Part shown: positions 19,795-28,483 of the stretch, in pieces | Layout: each line of letters begins with the position of its first letter | Position numbering within the stretch: the first letter of the stretch is position 1 | Assembly (NCBI GenBank): GCA_051382295.1 | Contig: JBBCAW010000003.1 | Location: forward strand, 32,001 to 96,000 | Direction of reading: 5' to 3' | DNA from: Bdellovibrionota bacterium FG-1 | GTDB lineage: Bacteria > Bdellovibrionota > UBA1018 | Length of the DNA: 64,000 bases | Made by a program: the position numbers and the translations under genes | The notes under the pieces: generated by a model | Told to the model about the DNA's origin: nothing | The model's database searches: none | What the model saw: the letters and a program-made list of their open reading frames with translations, nothing else

Positions 19795-20042
19795 TTCTGA
19801 TTTCAGAAAATACTTTGAAAGAAAAGCCCCTTAAATAGCCGAAAAAGAGCTGGTTTCTGGATTAAGTCCCTGGGTATTGCCTTCTGGAGCGGAAAGTCGG
19901 ACATGGGTCTGTTTTGCCCCATCTGTCTTTGATTCGGTATCATTATGCCTAGCGTCACAAATGAGTTTAAATAAGCCGTGAGAAAATCGCATATTGCACC
20001 GAGTGTCGTATTGCACTTTGAGAATGGTGCAACTTGATACTA

Positions 20043-21305
20043 TTACCGGGATCCCCTGACTTTCACTAAGTCACCACGCCAGAGTTGCTCACTCGGACGG
20101 AGGGGGTGACGGCCTGGATGCTCGGGCTCGCAAATCAGAACAGCCTTCGGGCCAGAATCTCTACCACCGCGGTCAGCGGCCATGGGGTCACTGATGACGC
20201 GTTTCAGGGATGCTTCGGGTTGAGGTGCAGGGTAATCCGGCGTGGCCAGCCAAAGGTAAGAGAATTTCACCCATTGGCGCTCCGAGCTCAATGCTTTGGA
20301 GAAATCTCGAAACCAGTTTCCCGGAATATTTGCGGGCACCGAAAAGTGGCACCAGTCGCGCCCACCCGCAAGGGGGCAGTGGCCTGCGTGTAGGCAGGGT
20401 CCCCAAATTGAGGTCGGGGAGGCGGTCACCACGTCGGTCGAAAAAAGCTGATCGCGGAGCGAGGATAAAAATTGTGAAGGGCGCTTGGCCGCGGGTTCGG
20501 CGAATAAAACACCGCCGCCTTGAGCCTTTTCGCGCAAAAGGGAGCCCCAGAGGTTGAGCCATTTTTCGCTGGCTTGTTGTTTGTGTGGTTCGCCCTCTTC
20601 ATAGGATGCACTGGTGGTGCGTGAAAAAACCGGACCGGCGGCCTCATTGAGAACATGGCCTAATAGAATCAAAGAAGTTGGCTTAGAAAGGTATCTTGAA
20701 GCTTCCCACCAGGGCGCGGTGTGAATTCGAATCGTGACTCGGTCTCGAAGTTTTGGAAATTGGCTTGAGATTTGTTCGGCGAGCGCTTTTCCGTCTTCCA
20801 GAATGGTTCCGTTGGTATCTAGCCAGTCCATTTCAATCGGTGGAAGGGTCTCGCCGGTGGCGAGCTTCGTATTGAGTAAAGTGAGTAATAAAGCAATCGA
20901 TGCTGTTCCGGGGCCGGCGCCTAGATCGGCCACTCGAAGAACCCCGGTTTTTCTCCCGTGTTCGAGGGCGGCCTGAATGGCTTTGGGGTGAAGATGGAAG
21001 ATGGTCAGAAATTTGGCGGCCTGAAGGGGGAGAAAATAAAGCAGATAGCTGGATCGAAATTTGGGGTGCCGAAAATAGGCTGGCAGATGTCGAGGGCGTT
21101 CTTCGGTAAAAAGCTCGGAAAGTTCTTCGATACCCTTGAAAAAGAAGTGCGCGTCTTCTTTGGAGAAAGGTTTGTTTTTCCAGCTTTCTCGGGGGCTGTA
21201 TTGTTTTTTGACGAACGCGGGGATCGCCTCGTCAACTAGCCATAGCCAAGCCGGCGGAAAGATCGGGGGAGGGGTGATGACGCTGGCAGGTTTGATTTTG
21301 ATCAT
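20043..21305 (-). CDS. Rsm22/METTL17-like SAM methyltransferase
   Basis: YLLYFLP, DLGAGPGT, GPCLHAGHCP...DWCHF, KFSYL. Confidence 0.8.
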   Translation of the reverse strand: MIKIKPASVITPPPIFPPAWLWLVDEAIPAFVKKQYSPRESWKNKPFSKEDAHFFFKGIEELSELFTEERPRHLPAYFRHPKFRSSYLLYFLPLQAAKFLTIFHLHPKAIQAALEHGRKTGVLRVADLGAGPGTASIALLLTLLNTKLATGETLPPIEMDWLDTNGTILEDGKALAEQISSQFPKLRDRVTIRIHTAPWWEASRYLSKPTSLILLGHVLNEAAGPVFSRTTSASYEEGEPHKQQASEKWLNLWGSLLREKAQGGGVLFAEPAAKRPSQFLSSLRDQLFSTDVVTASPTSIWGPCLHAGHCPLAGGRDWCHFSVPANIPGNWFRDFSKALSSERQWVKFSYLWLATPDYPAPQPEASLKRVISDPMAADRGGRDSGPKAVLICEPEHPGRHPLRPSEQLWRGDLVKVRGSR

Positions 21306-21415
21306 AGGTAAAACTTCGAAGTCTTTCGGGTTGGCCTTCTGTTATGCTATCCTATGAGCAAGGTCAATCGGAGTATTGCCCCCAGTGTCATTAAGAGGTT
21401 TGTTGGGAGATTCAT

Positions 21416-21916
21416 ATGGATGTGAGCGATCCCAAATCGTTTAAGAAGGCCAAGATTTTTTGGAAAGATAATAGTTCCAGCACATGGGCGTTTATCTGTC
21501 CTCTTTGCGCTACTCAACGCAAGATTCCGTGTCAGCCCCAGCCGACCGCGCGGCATTACGCTCAAATGGCGCTGACGGCGGCCTTTTTTACTCTTTTGAC
21601 TTGGTACTGGTTTTCGTGGAAGGGAATGGTTTCATTTATTCCGTTTTGGATTATTTTTGAGGCTATTTATCGAGGACGGGTGCGTGTGGCGATGCGCTGT
21701 CCTCATTGCGGATTCGACCCCTATCTTTATTTGGTTGATGTTAAGCTGGCGCGTCAAGAAGTCGAGTCGCATTGGCGCAAAAAATTTGCCGATAAAGGTG
21801 TTCCTTATCCTGAAAAACCTAAAGATTCCGGGCCACTGATCCCCCCTTCCCTGGGTAGGTTAGTTGCCTCAAATGTGAAAAAAAGGGATCCTTATAACCG
21901 TCACTTGACACAATGA
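21416..21916 (+). CDS. Hypothetical membrane protein with two CxxC motifs
   Basis: CPLC...hydrophobic hairpin...CPHCGFDP. Confidence 0.7.
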   Translation: MDVSDPKSFKKAKIFWKDNSSSTWAFICPLCATQRKIPCQPQPTARHYAQMALTAAFFTLLTWYWFSWKGMVSFIPFWIIFEAIYRGRVRVAMRCPHCGFDPYLYLVDVKLARQEVESHWRKKFADKGVPYPEKPKDSGPLIPPSLGRLVASNVKKRDPYNRHLTQ

Positions 21917-21941
21917 CTTGTCCGAAGCTAAGCCTCTAGAC

Positions 21942-22454
21942 ATGTCAGTTAATAAAGTGATTTTGGTGGGGCGGTTGGGGCAGAACCCAGAAGTGAAATA
22001 TACGCCATCGGGCGCTGCCGTTGCTAATTTTAGTGTCGCGACTAACGAGGTCTGGACCGATAAGTCCGGCCAGAAGCAAGAGCGCACAGAATGGCATCGA
22101 GTGGTTGTTTGGGGCAAACTTGCCGAACTCTGTGGGCAGTATCTTGCTAAAGGTCGTCAGGCCTATGTGGAGGGGCGTCTTCAGACCCGCCAGTGGCAAG
22201 ATAAAGATGGGCAGACCAAGTACATGACGGAAGTTCAAGCGCAGACCGTTCAGTTCCTGGGAGCTGGCGCTGGAGTTCGAGATGGAGCTCAAGAAGGTAT
22301 GTCGATGGGTCAGGAGCAAGGCTTTGAAGCTCCTGCCAATGGCGGAGGGGCTTATTCGGCTCGTCCGGTTCCGACACCAGCAGCAAATCGCCCGATGACT
22401 GCGGGCAATCCTCCTGGAGAACCGTCTTTCACTGAAGACGATATTCCATTTTGA
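21942..22454 (+). CDS. ssb: Single-stranded DNA-binding protein
   Basis: [30 protein letters not shown]-terminal DDIPF. Confidence 0.98.
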   Translation: MSVNKVILVGRLGQNPEVKYTPSGAAVANFSVATNEVWTDKSGQKQERTEWHRVVVWGKLAELCGQYLAKGRQAYVEGRLQTRQWQDKDGQTKYMTEVQAQTVQFLGAGAGVRDGAQEGMSMGQEQGFEAPANGGGAYSARPVPTPAANRPMTAGNPPGEPSFTEDDIPF

Positions 22455-23209
22455 TGCGTATTTTGATTGTTATCCCCACTTATAACGAGATTGATAACCT
22501 TGAGGCGTTGACTCAGGCTATCTTGGCAATCACCCCTGGAGATGTGGATATTCTGGTGGCGGATGATGGCTCGCCGGATGGAACCGGTCAGCTTGCTGAT
22601 GCGATTTCCAAGCAAAATACTCGGGTTCAGGTTCTTCATAGGCCCAAAAAAATGGGTTTAGGGACAGCCTACGTGAACGGATTTAGGTGGGGCATGGCCC
22701 GCAATTATGATGCGTTTATCGAAATGGACGCTGATTTTTCTCATGATCCAAAATACCTACCTAGGATGATCGATCTTCTTCAATCTCATGATGTTGTGAT
22801 TGGATCCCGCTATGTTCCCGGTGGTGGGACGATCAATTGGGGATTGGGACGCAAGTTGCTGAGCCGTGGGGGAAGTATTTATTCGCGTCTGATTTTGGGT
22901 GCATCCCTCCGTGATTTCACCGGGGGTTTTAATGGGTGGCGCCGACCGGTTCTTGAAGCTGTGAATTTAGATACCTTGCAGTCCGGTGGCTATTCCTTTC
23001 AAATTGAACTAAAATATCGCGCTTTCATGAGAAATTTTAGAATCATTGAGTTTCCGATTATTTTTGAGGATCGAAAAGTTGGAAAATCAAAGATGAACCG
23101 CCGCATTGTGCTTGAAGCTTTAGGCCGGGTTTGGGGTTTTCGTTGGCGTTCGATTCAGCAGGGCAACGGAGTCTTGGGCCGTTTGCTCACGAAAATGTCT
23201 GAACATTGA
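22454..23209 (+). CDS. Polyprenol monophosphomannose synthase-like GT2
   Basis: IPTYNE, DDGSPDGT, MDADFSH, GSRY, GYSFQIE. Confidence 0.92.
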   Translation: MRILIVIPTYNEIDNLEALTQAILAITPGDVDILVADDGSPDGTGQLADAISKQNTRVQVLHRPKKMGLGTAYVNGFRWGMARNYDAFIEMDADFSHDPKYLPRMIDLLQSHDVVIGSRYVPGGGTINWGLGRKLLSRGGSIYSRLILGASLRDFTGGFNGWRRPVLEAVNLDTLQSGGYSFQIELKYRAFMRNFRIIEFPIIFEDRKVGKSKMNRRIVLEALGRVWGFRWRSIQQGNGVLGRLLTKMSEH

Positions 23210-23256
23210 TCCAAAACCATTGCCAGTGTTTGGGGCCTACCCTACACTCAGGGTAA

Positions 23257-24162
23257 ATGGTAAACAGGTTTTGTTCATGGCTAGTGATCGGAGCGGTTTG
23301 TGCCTTAGGGAGTGGGCTCTCTTTGAGAGCCTTTGCCGATAAAACAGCCAAGGCAACCACTGCCATTTTGGTCGATAAAAAAACCAGTAACTTGCTTTTG
23401 ACCGAGTATGTTGATGGCGCCTACAAAATCATCAAAACATACCATGCGACTTTGGGGCAGGTGAAGGGCGACAAAGAAGACGAAGGCGACCTGAAAACGC
23501 CCGAAGGTATTTACACATTTAAAGCGCGAATGACGGCGCCTGCTTTGGCTAGAAAATTTGGTTCGTTAGCGTTTTATATGAATTTTCCGAACACGTTTGA
23601 TGAGCTAGCGGGGCACAAAGGTTCCAATATCATGCTTCACGCCACGGATACGCCGGGGCGGCTGAAAAATAATTACGATAGTCTTGGGTGCATCGTGGTG
23701 AATGATCAAGAAATTCACGAAATCGAGCCCCGTGTTCGTGTTGGGCTAACGCCGATTTTGATTTTTACCGAACTGACGGACGTTTATTTGAAGCCCGGAC
23801 AGGATACCGGGCTTAAAGATTTTTTTTATAGTTGGATCAAAAGCTGGGAAGCCAAGGATCTCGAACATTATATTGATCATTATCATTCGGATTTTTCAGC
23901 GAATGGCAAAAACAAGTCCCAATGGAAAGAGTATAAGGCCTCTTTGAATAGCCGTTATGCCACTATCGAAATCAATCCCGAGAGAGTACTCTTCTATCGA
24001 CATCCCAAGTATTCCATGATCACCTTTACTCAAAATTACCGTTCCAAACTGAAACGCGGCGGTTGGGGGCATCGCTCCACAGGCACCAAGATTCTCTATG
24101 TGGCTGAAGAGGCGGGGCATCCGAAGATTATCGCGGAGACTTATACTAATCTGATGTGGTGA
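23257..24162 (+). CDS. L,D-transpeptidase (YkuD) family protein with C-terminal NTF2-like domain (Csd6-like)
   Basis: Signal peptide, GDLKTPEGIY, IMLH...SLGCI catalytic motif, WIKSWE...Y...Y domain. Confidence 0.88.
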   Translation: MVNRFCSWLVIGAVCALGSGLSLRAFADKTAKATTAILVDKKTSNLLLTEYVDGAYKIIKTYHATLGQVKGDKEDEGDLKTPEGIYTFKARMTAPALARKFGSLAFYMNFPNTFDELAGHKGSNIMLHATDTPGRLKNNYDSLGCIVVNDQEIHEIEPRVRVGLTPILIFTELTDVYLKPGQDTGLKDFFYSWIKSWEAKDLEHYIDHYHSDFSANGKNKSQWKEYKASLNSRYATIEINPERVLFYRHPKYSMITFTQNYRSKLKRGGWGHRSTGTKILYVAEEAGHPKIIAETYTNLMW

Positions 24163-24164
24163 AT

Positions 24165-24842
24165 ATGCAATTGCATGATTACATCGCCAAATATGACAGC
24201 TTGGCTTCTGAAGAAGCGCTTTTCAATATTCCTCATCGCAAAGAGTATTTGCTTGAGCAGATCGGGCGGGGCAAGCGGGTGCTCGATATTGGTTGTTTGG
24301 GCGGCCAGCTCTCTCGGTTTATTCTCGAGCAAAATAACGAAGTTTGGGGGATTGAAATCAATCCCATCGCAGCCGCAGTGGCGCTGAAACGGGGAATTCG
24401 AGTCAAGGTCGCGGACGTGGAGGCGGGAATTCCTTTTGACGATGCCTCGTTTGATGTGGTTCATGCGGGCGAGATCTTGGAGCAGATTTACGATACTCGA
24501 CTTTTTTTTGATGAGTGTCACCGTGTTTTGAAGCCGATGGGGATTTTACTTTTTACTACGCCCAATCTCAATAGTCTTGAAAATCGGTTGCGTGTATTGA
24601 CCGGGGGCTATCTGTCGATGGTCGGTGCCTATCCTGAGGATCATTCTGGCAGTCATGTGCGGGTCTTTAATCGTGCCAAAATTGGAGAGCTTTGCCTTCA
24701 AACTGGTTTTGAGCTCACGGATGTCTCGGGCGTATTTGCTTTTGAAAAACGGGCGCGTTGGATTGATCGCTCTCTTAAAATCGCGGCCCGAGTGGCTCCC
24801 TCACTTTCAAAAATGTTGATTTTCAAGGCCCAAAAAAAGTAA
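24165..24842 (+). CDS. Class I SAM-dependent methyltransferase
   Basis: VLDIGCLGG, FDDASFDVV, RVLKPMG, TTPN. Confidence 0.9.
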   Translation: MQLHDYIAKYDSLASEEALFNIPHRKEYLLEQIGRGKRVLDIGCLGGQLSRFILEQNNEVWGIEINPIAAAVALKRGIRVKVADVEAGIPFDDASFDVVHAGEILEQIYDTRLFFDECHRVLKPMGILLFTTPNLNSLENRLRVLTGGYLSMVGAYPEDHSGSHVRVFNRAKIGELCLQTGFELTDVSGVFAFEKRARWIDRSLKIAARVAPSLSKMLIFKAQKK

Positions 24843-26002
24843 TGGACGAGGGTCGATTCAAAAGGACTTGGGAAGTTTTGCGAAGCGGTCTGATAGAAGG
24901 CGTCGCGCCGGGTTTTGTCGCGGGCCTTTGGGACGTGCGCCGGCCCGACGAAATTCAGGTGGCCGCATTGGGGCAACGACGAGTTTTCCCGAGTGAGCTT
25001 GAGGCTCTTCCGATGGAAACAAGCACGATTTTTGACTTGGCCTCTTTGACTAAAATTATGGGGACCGCTACTTTGGCGGCCGTTTTGGTGGATCGGGGCT
25101 GGATCAGTTGGAATACGCCGCTCGATGCGATTTTGGGGGGGCAGGGGGGCCCGTCCTATCGTTCATATCCTGGGGTGACCCTAGGCCATTTGTTGTCGCA
25201 TTCTGCGGGGTTTGTGGCATGGCGGCCGCTTTGGGAGGAATTGCGTGAGCATTTTGCACCGGCGCCCCTCTATGAAATTTCGGTAAAAGACCGTCAAAAG
25301 GCGATGCGCGAGCTGGTTTTTAGAATTCGGCCCGATAGGGGTCCTGGTGAGCAGGTTGTTTATTCGGATATTTCTTTTCTTCTTTTAGGGTTTGCGCTTG
25401 AGGAAGTGACGCAATTGCCGCTGGATGTGGCGATCAAACGATGGGTATGGCAAAGGATGGGGCTTTGCGAGGCTTTTTACAGGAGAGTCACCACCGACGC
25501 GTCAGGATCTCGGCTCGACCGTGTTGCTGCCACCGAGGACAGTGAATGGCGGGGGGGCGTCCTTCAGGGGCAAGTGCATGATGATAACTGTTGGGCCATG
25601 GGCGGTTATGCGGGTCATGCCGGTGCTTTTGGAACGGTTCGAGACGTCTTGCAGTTTGCCAGGGCGTTGTATCCTCGTCCGGGGGTGGCTGGATTTTTGA
25701 GTCCAGAAACGCTCAAGGCTGTTTGGACGCCGATTTCAGAACCTGTGGGGGCTTGCCGAACCTGGGGTTGGGACATGCCTGGTGGCATGCCTACTGGGTC
25801 GGATTCTTCGGTGGGAAAGCTGTTTTCTAGGCGATCTATTGGACATCTTGGGTTCACTGGAACCTCCCTTTGGATTGATCCTGATGCGGGTTTGGCGGTG
25901 ACGTTGCTTTCGAACCGCGTTCACCCCTCTCGGGACAATATTCGGATTAGACTTTTTAGACCGCGCTTTCATGATGCGATTCGAATGGATTTGGGACGCT
26001 AA
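24842..26002 (+). CDS. Serine hydrolase, beta-lactamase (AmpC-like) family
   Basis: FDLASLTK (SxxK), YSD, GQVHDDN, GHAG, GHLGFTGTSLWID, LSNRVHP. Confidence 0.92.
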   Translation: MDEGRFKRTWEVLRSGLIEGVAPGFVAGLWDVRRPDEIQVAALGQRRVFPSELEALPMETSTIFDLASLTKIMGTATLAAVLVDRGWISWNTPLDAILGGQGGPSYRSYPGVTLGHLLSHSAGFVAWRPLWEELREHFAPAPLYEISVKDRQKAMRELVFRIRPDRGPGEQVVYSDISFLLLGFALEEVTQLPLDVAIKRWVWQRMGLCEAFYRRVTTDASGSRLDRVAATEDSEWRGGVLQGQVHDDNCWAMGGYAGHAGAFGTVRDVLQFARALYPRPGVAGFLSPETLKAVWTPISEPVGACRTWGWDMPGGMPTGSDSSVGKLFSRRSIGHLGFTGTSLWIDPDAGLAVTLLSNRVHPSRDNIRIRLFRPRFHDAIRMDLGR

Positions 26003-26021
26003 ACTGTTTAAACTTGAACAG

Positions 26022-27509
26022 ATGCCGACTGCTAACACTTCTCTCCCACAGTTTAATCAGATTAAGCGGGTTCATATTATCGGTGCCTGCGGCACTTTGA
26101 TGGGTGCCTTTGCGGCACATTTAAAGAGGCGAGGAATCGAAGTCACGGGGAGTGATCAGAATGTTTATCCCCCGATGAGCGATGTGCTTCAGAGGGCTGG
26201 CGTTGTATTGAGCAGCGGCTATCGCGCCGAAAACCTCACTAGCGGCGGCGTGCGGCCGGATCTCGTGGTGATTGGAAATGTGATCCGCGCGGATAACCCT
26301 GAGGCTCGGGCTGCGATCGAGGGGGGATTTCCTTACACCTCCCTTCCGGAGGCGATGGAAAAACTCATGCTTGCGGAGACTCGTAATCTTGTGGTTGCCG
26401 GCACCCACGGAAAGACGACGACCTCGAGTATGTTGGCCCATGTTTTAGTCAAGTGTGGAAAAGAACCGAGTTATTTTATCGGCGGCGTTTCGCAGGATTT
26501 ACCGTTTAGTTTTCAGGTGAGTGACCTCAAAAAAGGCCATCCCTTTGTGCTGGAGGGGGATGAGTATGACACCGCATTTTGGGATAAGGTTCCAAAATTT
26601 AATCATTACTTGCCCGATGATGTGATTCTGACCTCCGTCGAGTTTGATCATGCCGATATTTACGCCGATTTACCGGCAGTCGTGCGGGCTTTTGAGGGTC
26701 TCGTGGATCGTATCCGTCCGGGGGGGCTTTTGATTGCTTGTTGCGATTACGCGGAAGTTCGTAATCTCGCTTTCAAGCGGGTGCCTCATACTGGAAACCC
26801 GCTGCGCGTGATTTCTTACGGGAGCGCGGATGCTAAAAATGCCCGTTTTCGTCCCGGCCGGATTTGGGTGGACGGAGAGTTGACTCATTTTGAGGTGATG
26901 GACTGTTCGGCTGGGAAGCCGCGGCTTTGTGATGAATTGATGATCCAGCTTTCCGGGCACCATAATGTGCTCAATGCGCTGTCGGTGTGGATCTTGTGTC
27001 GTGAACAGGGGATTCCGCCCGATGCTTTTAGGGCGGCGCTGGCTTCCTTTAGGGGAGTGAAGAGGCGGCAGGAAGTTCGGGGCGAGATGAATGGCGTGAT
27101 GGTAATGGATGATTTTGCTCATCATCCGACGGCTGTACGGGAAACCCTTCGTGCTCTCCGAATGCGCTATCCAAGTCGAAGATTAGTCGCGGTTTTTGAA
27201 CCGCGAAGCGCGACTTCACGGCGCAAGATTTTTCAGAAAGAATATGGCGTGGCCTTTGGGGAGGCGGATTCGATTTTTATCATGACTCCTTTTGATCAAA
27301 GCCGAATCGCGGCGGATGATCAGTTTTCAAGCGCTCAATTGGTGGATGATCTCAAGGCGGCTGGGAAAACCGCTCTGCTCATGGAATCGGTTGAGCAGGG
27401 GGTATTGGATGTCGCGCGTGACTCCAAAGCTGGGGATTTGGTCGCGGTTCTTTCTAATGGCGGTTTTGGCGGGTTTATTCCAAAGCTCTTGGAAAAATTG
27501 GCGACCTAG
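26022..27509 (+). CDS. mpl: Murein peptide ligase Mpl
   Basis: GSDQNVYPPMS, AGTHGKTTT, EGDEYDTAF, DHADIY, DDFAHHPTA, FEPRSAT, SNGGFGG. Confidence 0.92.
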   Translation: MPTANTSLPQFNQIKRVHIIGACGTLMGAFAAHLKRRGIEVTGSDQNVYPPMSDVLQRAGVVLSSGYRAENLTSGGVRPDLVVIGNVIRADNPEARAAIEGGFPYTSLPEAMEKLMLAETRNLVVAGTHGKTTTSSMLAHVLVKCGKEPSYFIGGVSQDLPFSFQVSDLKKGHPFVLEGDEYDTAFWDKVPKFNHYLPDDVILTSVEFDHADIYADLPAVVRAFEGLVDRIRPGGLLIACCDYAEVRNLAFKRVPHTGNPLRVISYGSADAKNARFRPGRIWVDGELTHFEVMDCSAGKPRLCDELMIQLSGHHNVLNALSVWILCREQGIPPDAFRAALASFRGVKRRQEVRGEMNGVMVMDDFAHHPTAVRETLRALRMRYPSRRLVAVFEPRSATSRRKIFQKEYGVAFGEADSIFIMTPFDQSRIAADDQFSSAQLVDDLKAAGKTALLMESVEQGVLDVARDSKAGDLVAVLSNGGFGGFIPKLLEKLAT

Positions 27510-28204
27510 AGCCTTTTTGTGACAAACACCACGGCGGTATAGTGTTTTTTGAGCATTTGATCCAAAAATCCGGGTAAAAGCTCAACTGCGCTGGCATGAA
27601 TGTCGTGCGTGATGAGAATGCCCTTTTGCCGGGGTTGAGGAGCTTTTTCGTCTCGAAGCAGGGTGGTGAGCGAAATATCGGTCCACAAAAAGTGGGCCAC
27701 GCCCATGTCGAAGACGATTTTGTCGAGGGCGGGGTTATCGCTGAGAAACGGAAACCTAAAAAAGGGCAGGTTACGACCGCCGGTGGCCAATCCAACCGCA
27801 TGGATTCCCTTTTTGATTTCTTCTTCAGCGGCCTTGGGATCGAGGTGGGGCAACGAGGGATGGGAGTAGGTGTGGGTGCCGACGCTATGGCCGCGGTCGA
27901 CGACTTCTTTTGAAATCTTGGGGTGATAATCGGCCATTTCTCCCACTTCGAAGAAGGTCGCCCGAACGCCATAGCGGTCCAGAATATCGAGAATGGGCGG
28001 GGTAAATTGGGCGTTAGGACCGTCATCAAAAGTCAGGGCGATTTCGCCTGGCTTGAGATCTTCACCCGTGATGGCGGCGACGGTGTGGGGATCAATCTCA
28101 TGTTCAATACAGGGAATTTTTTGAGAGGGGGTGGCGTTTGACGGCAGAGAAAAAAGGAAAACCGAGACGCATAGCGTGAAAACCGTCGTGTGAGCTCGAA
28201 TCAT
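27506..28204 (-). CDS. Secreted polysaccharide/peptidoglycan deacetylase (CE4)
   Basis: Signal peptide, LTFDDGP, HTYSH, RFPF, ITHD. Confidence 0.88.
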   Translation of the reverse strand: MIRAHTTVFTLCVSVFLFSLPSNATPSQKIPCIEHEIDPHTVAAITGEDLKPGEIALTFDDGPNAQFTPPILDILDRYGVRATFFEVGEMADYHPKISKEVVDRGHSVGTHTYSHPSLPHLDPKAAEEEIKKGIHAVGLATGGRNLPFFRFPFLSDNPALDKIVFDMGVAHFLWTDISLTTLLRDEKAPQPRQKGILITHDIHASAVELLPGFLDQMLKKHYTAVVFVTKRL

Positions 28205-28435
28205 TCAGCAAAGACTCCCTAAGTTGATGAGTCAAAAAGATAAAGTGCTCAGGGGTGAAAGGCGAGGGGAAATTAAACTGGTCCCTCAGTCTAGGTTTTT
28301 TAGAAGGTAACTTTTTGAAATTTTAGGGAAATATCTGTTTCTGGTTAAAAACTTTGGCTGATTTTAATGATTTTGTTTAAATATCAGTTACTTACACCAT
28401 TTAAGACCTAGGCAAGGGGACCAGCTTTAAAAAGT

Positions 28436-28462
28436 TCAGAAACCCCGTCCATTCTCCGATGA
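28436..28462 (+). promoter_or_regulatory. Sigma28 (FliA)-like promoter candidate for the kinase gene
   Basis: TCAG-N15-TCCGATGA ending 21 bp before the ATG. Confidence 0.45.
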
Positions 28463-28483
28463 GTCTCCTGGAGAGTTTTAGTC

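Noticed and set aside
19990..20031. TGCAC...GTGCA as a canonical NtrC site
   Set aside because: Spacing is 20 bp rather than 17; kept only as a generic enhancer candidate
24842..26002. Antibiotic-resistance beta-lactamase
   Set aside because: No signal peptide; the GxVHD subfamily and mpl context point to a generic hydrolase
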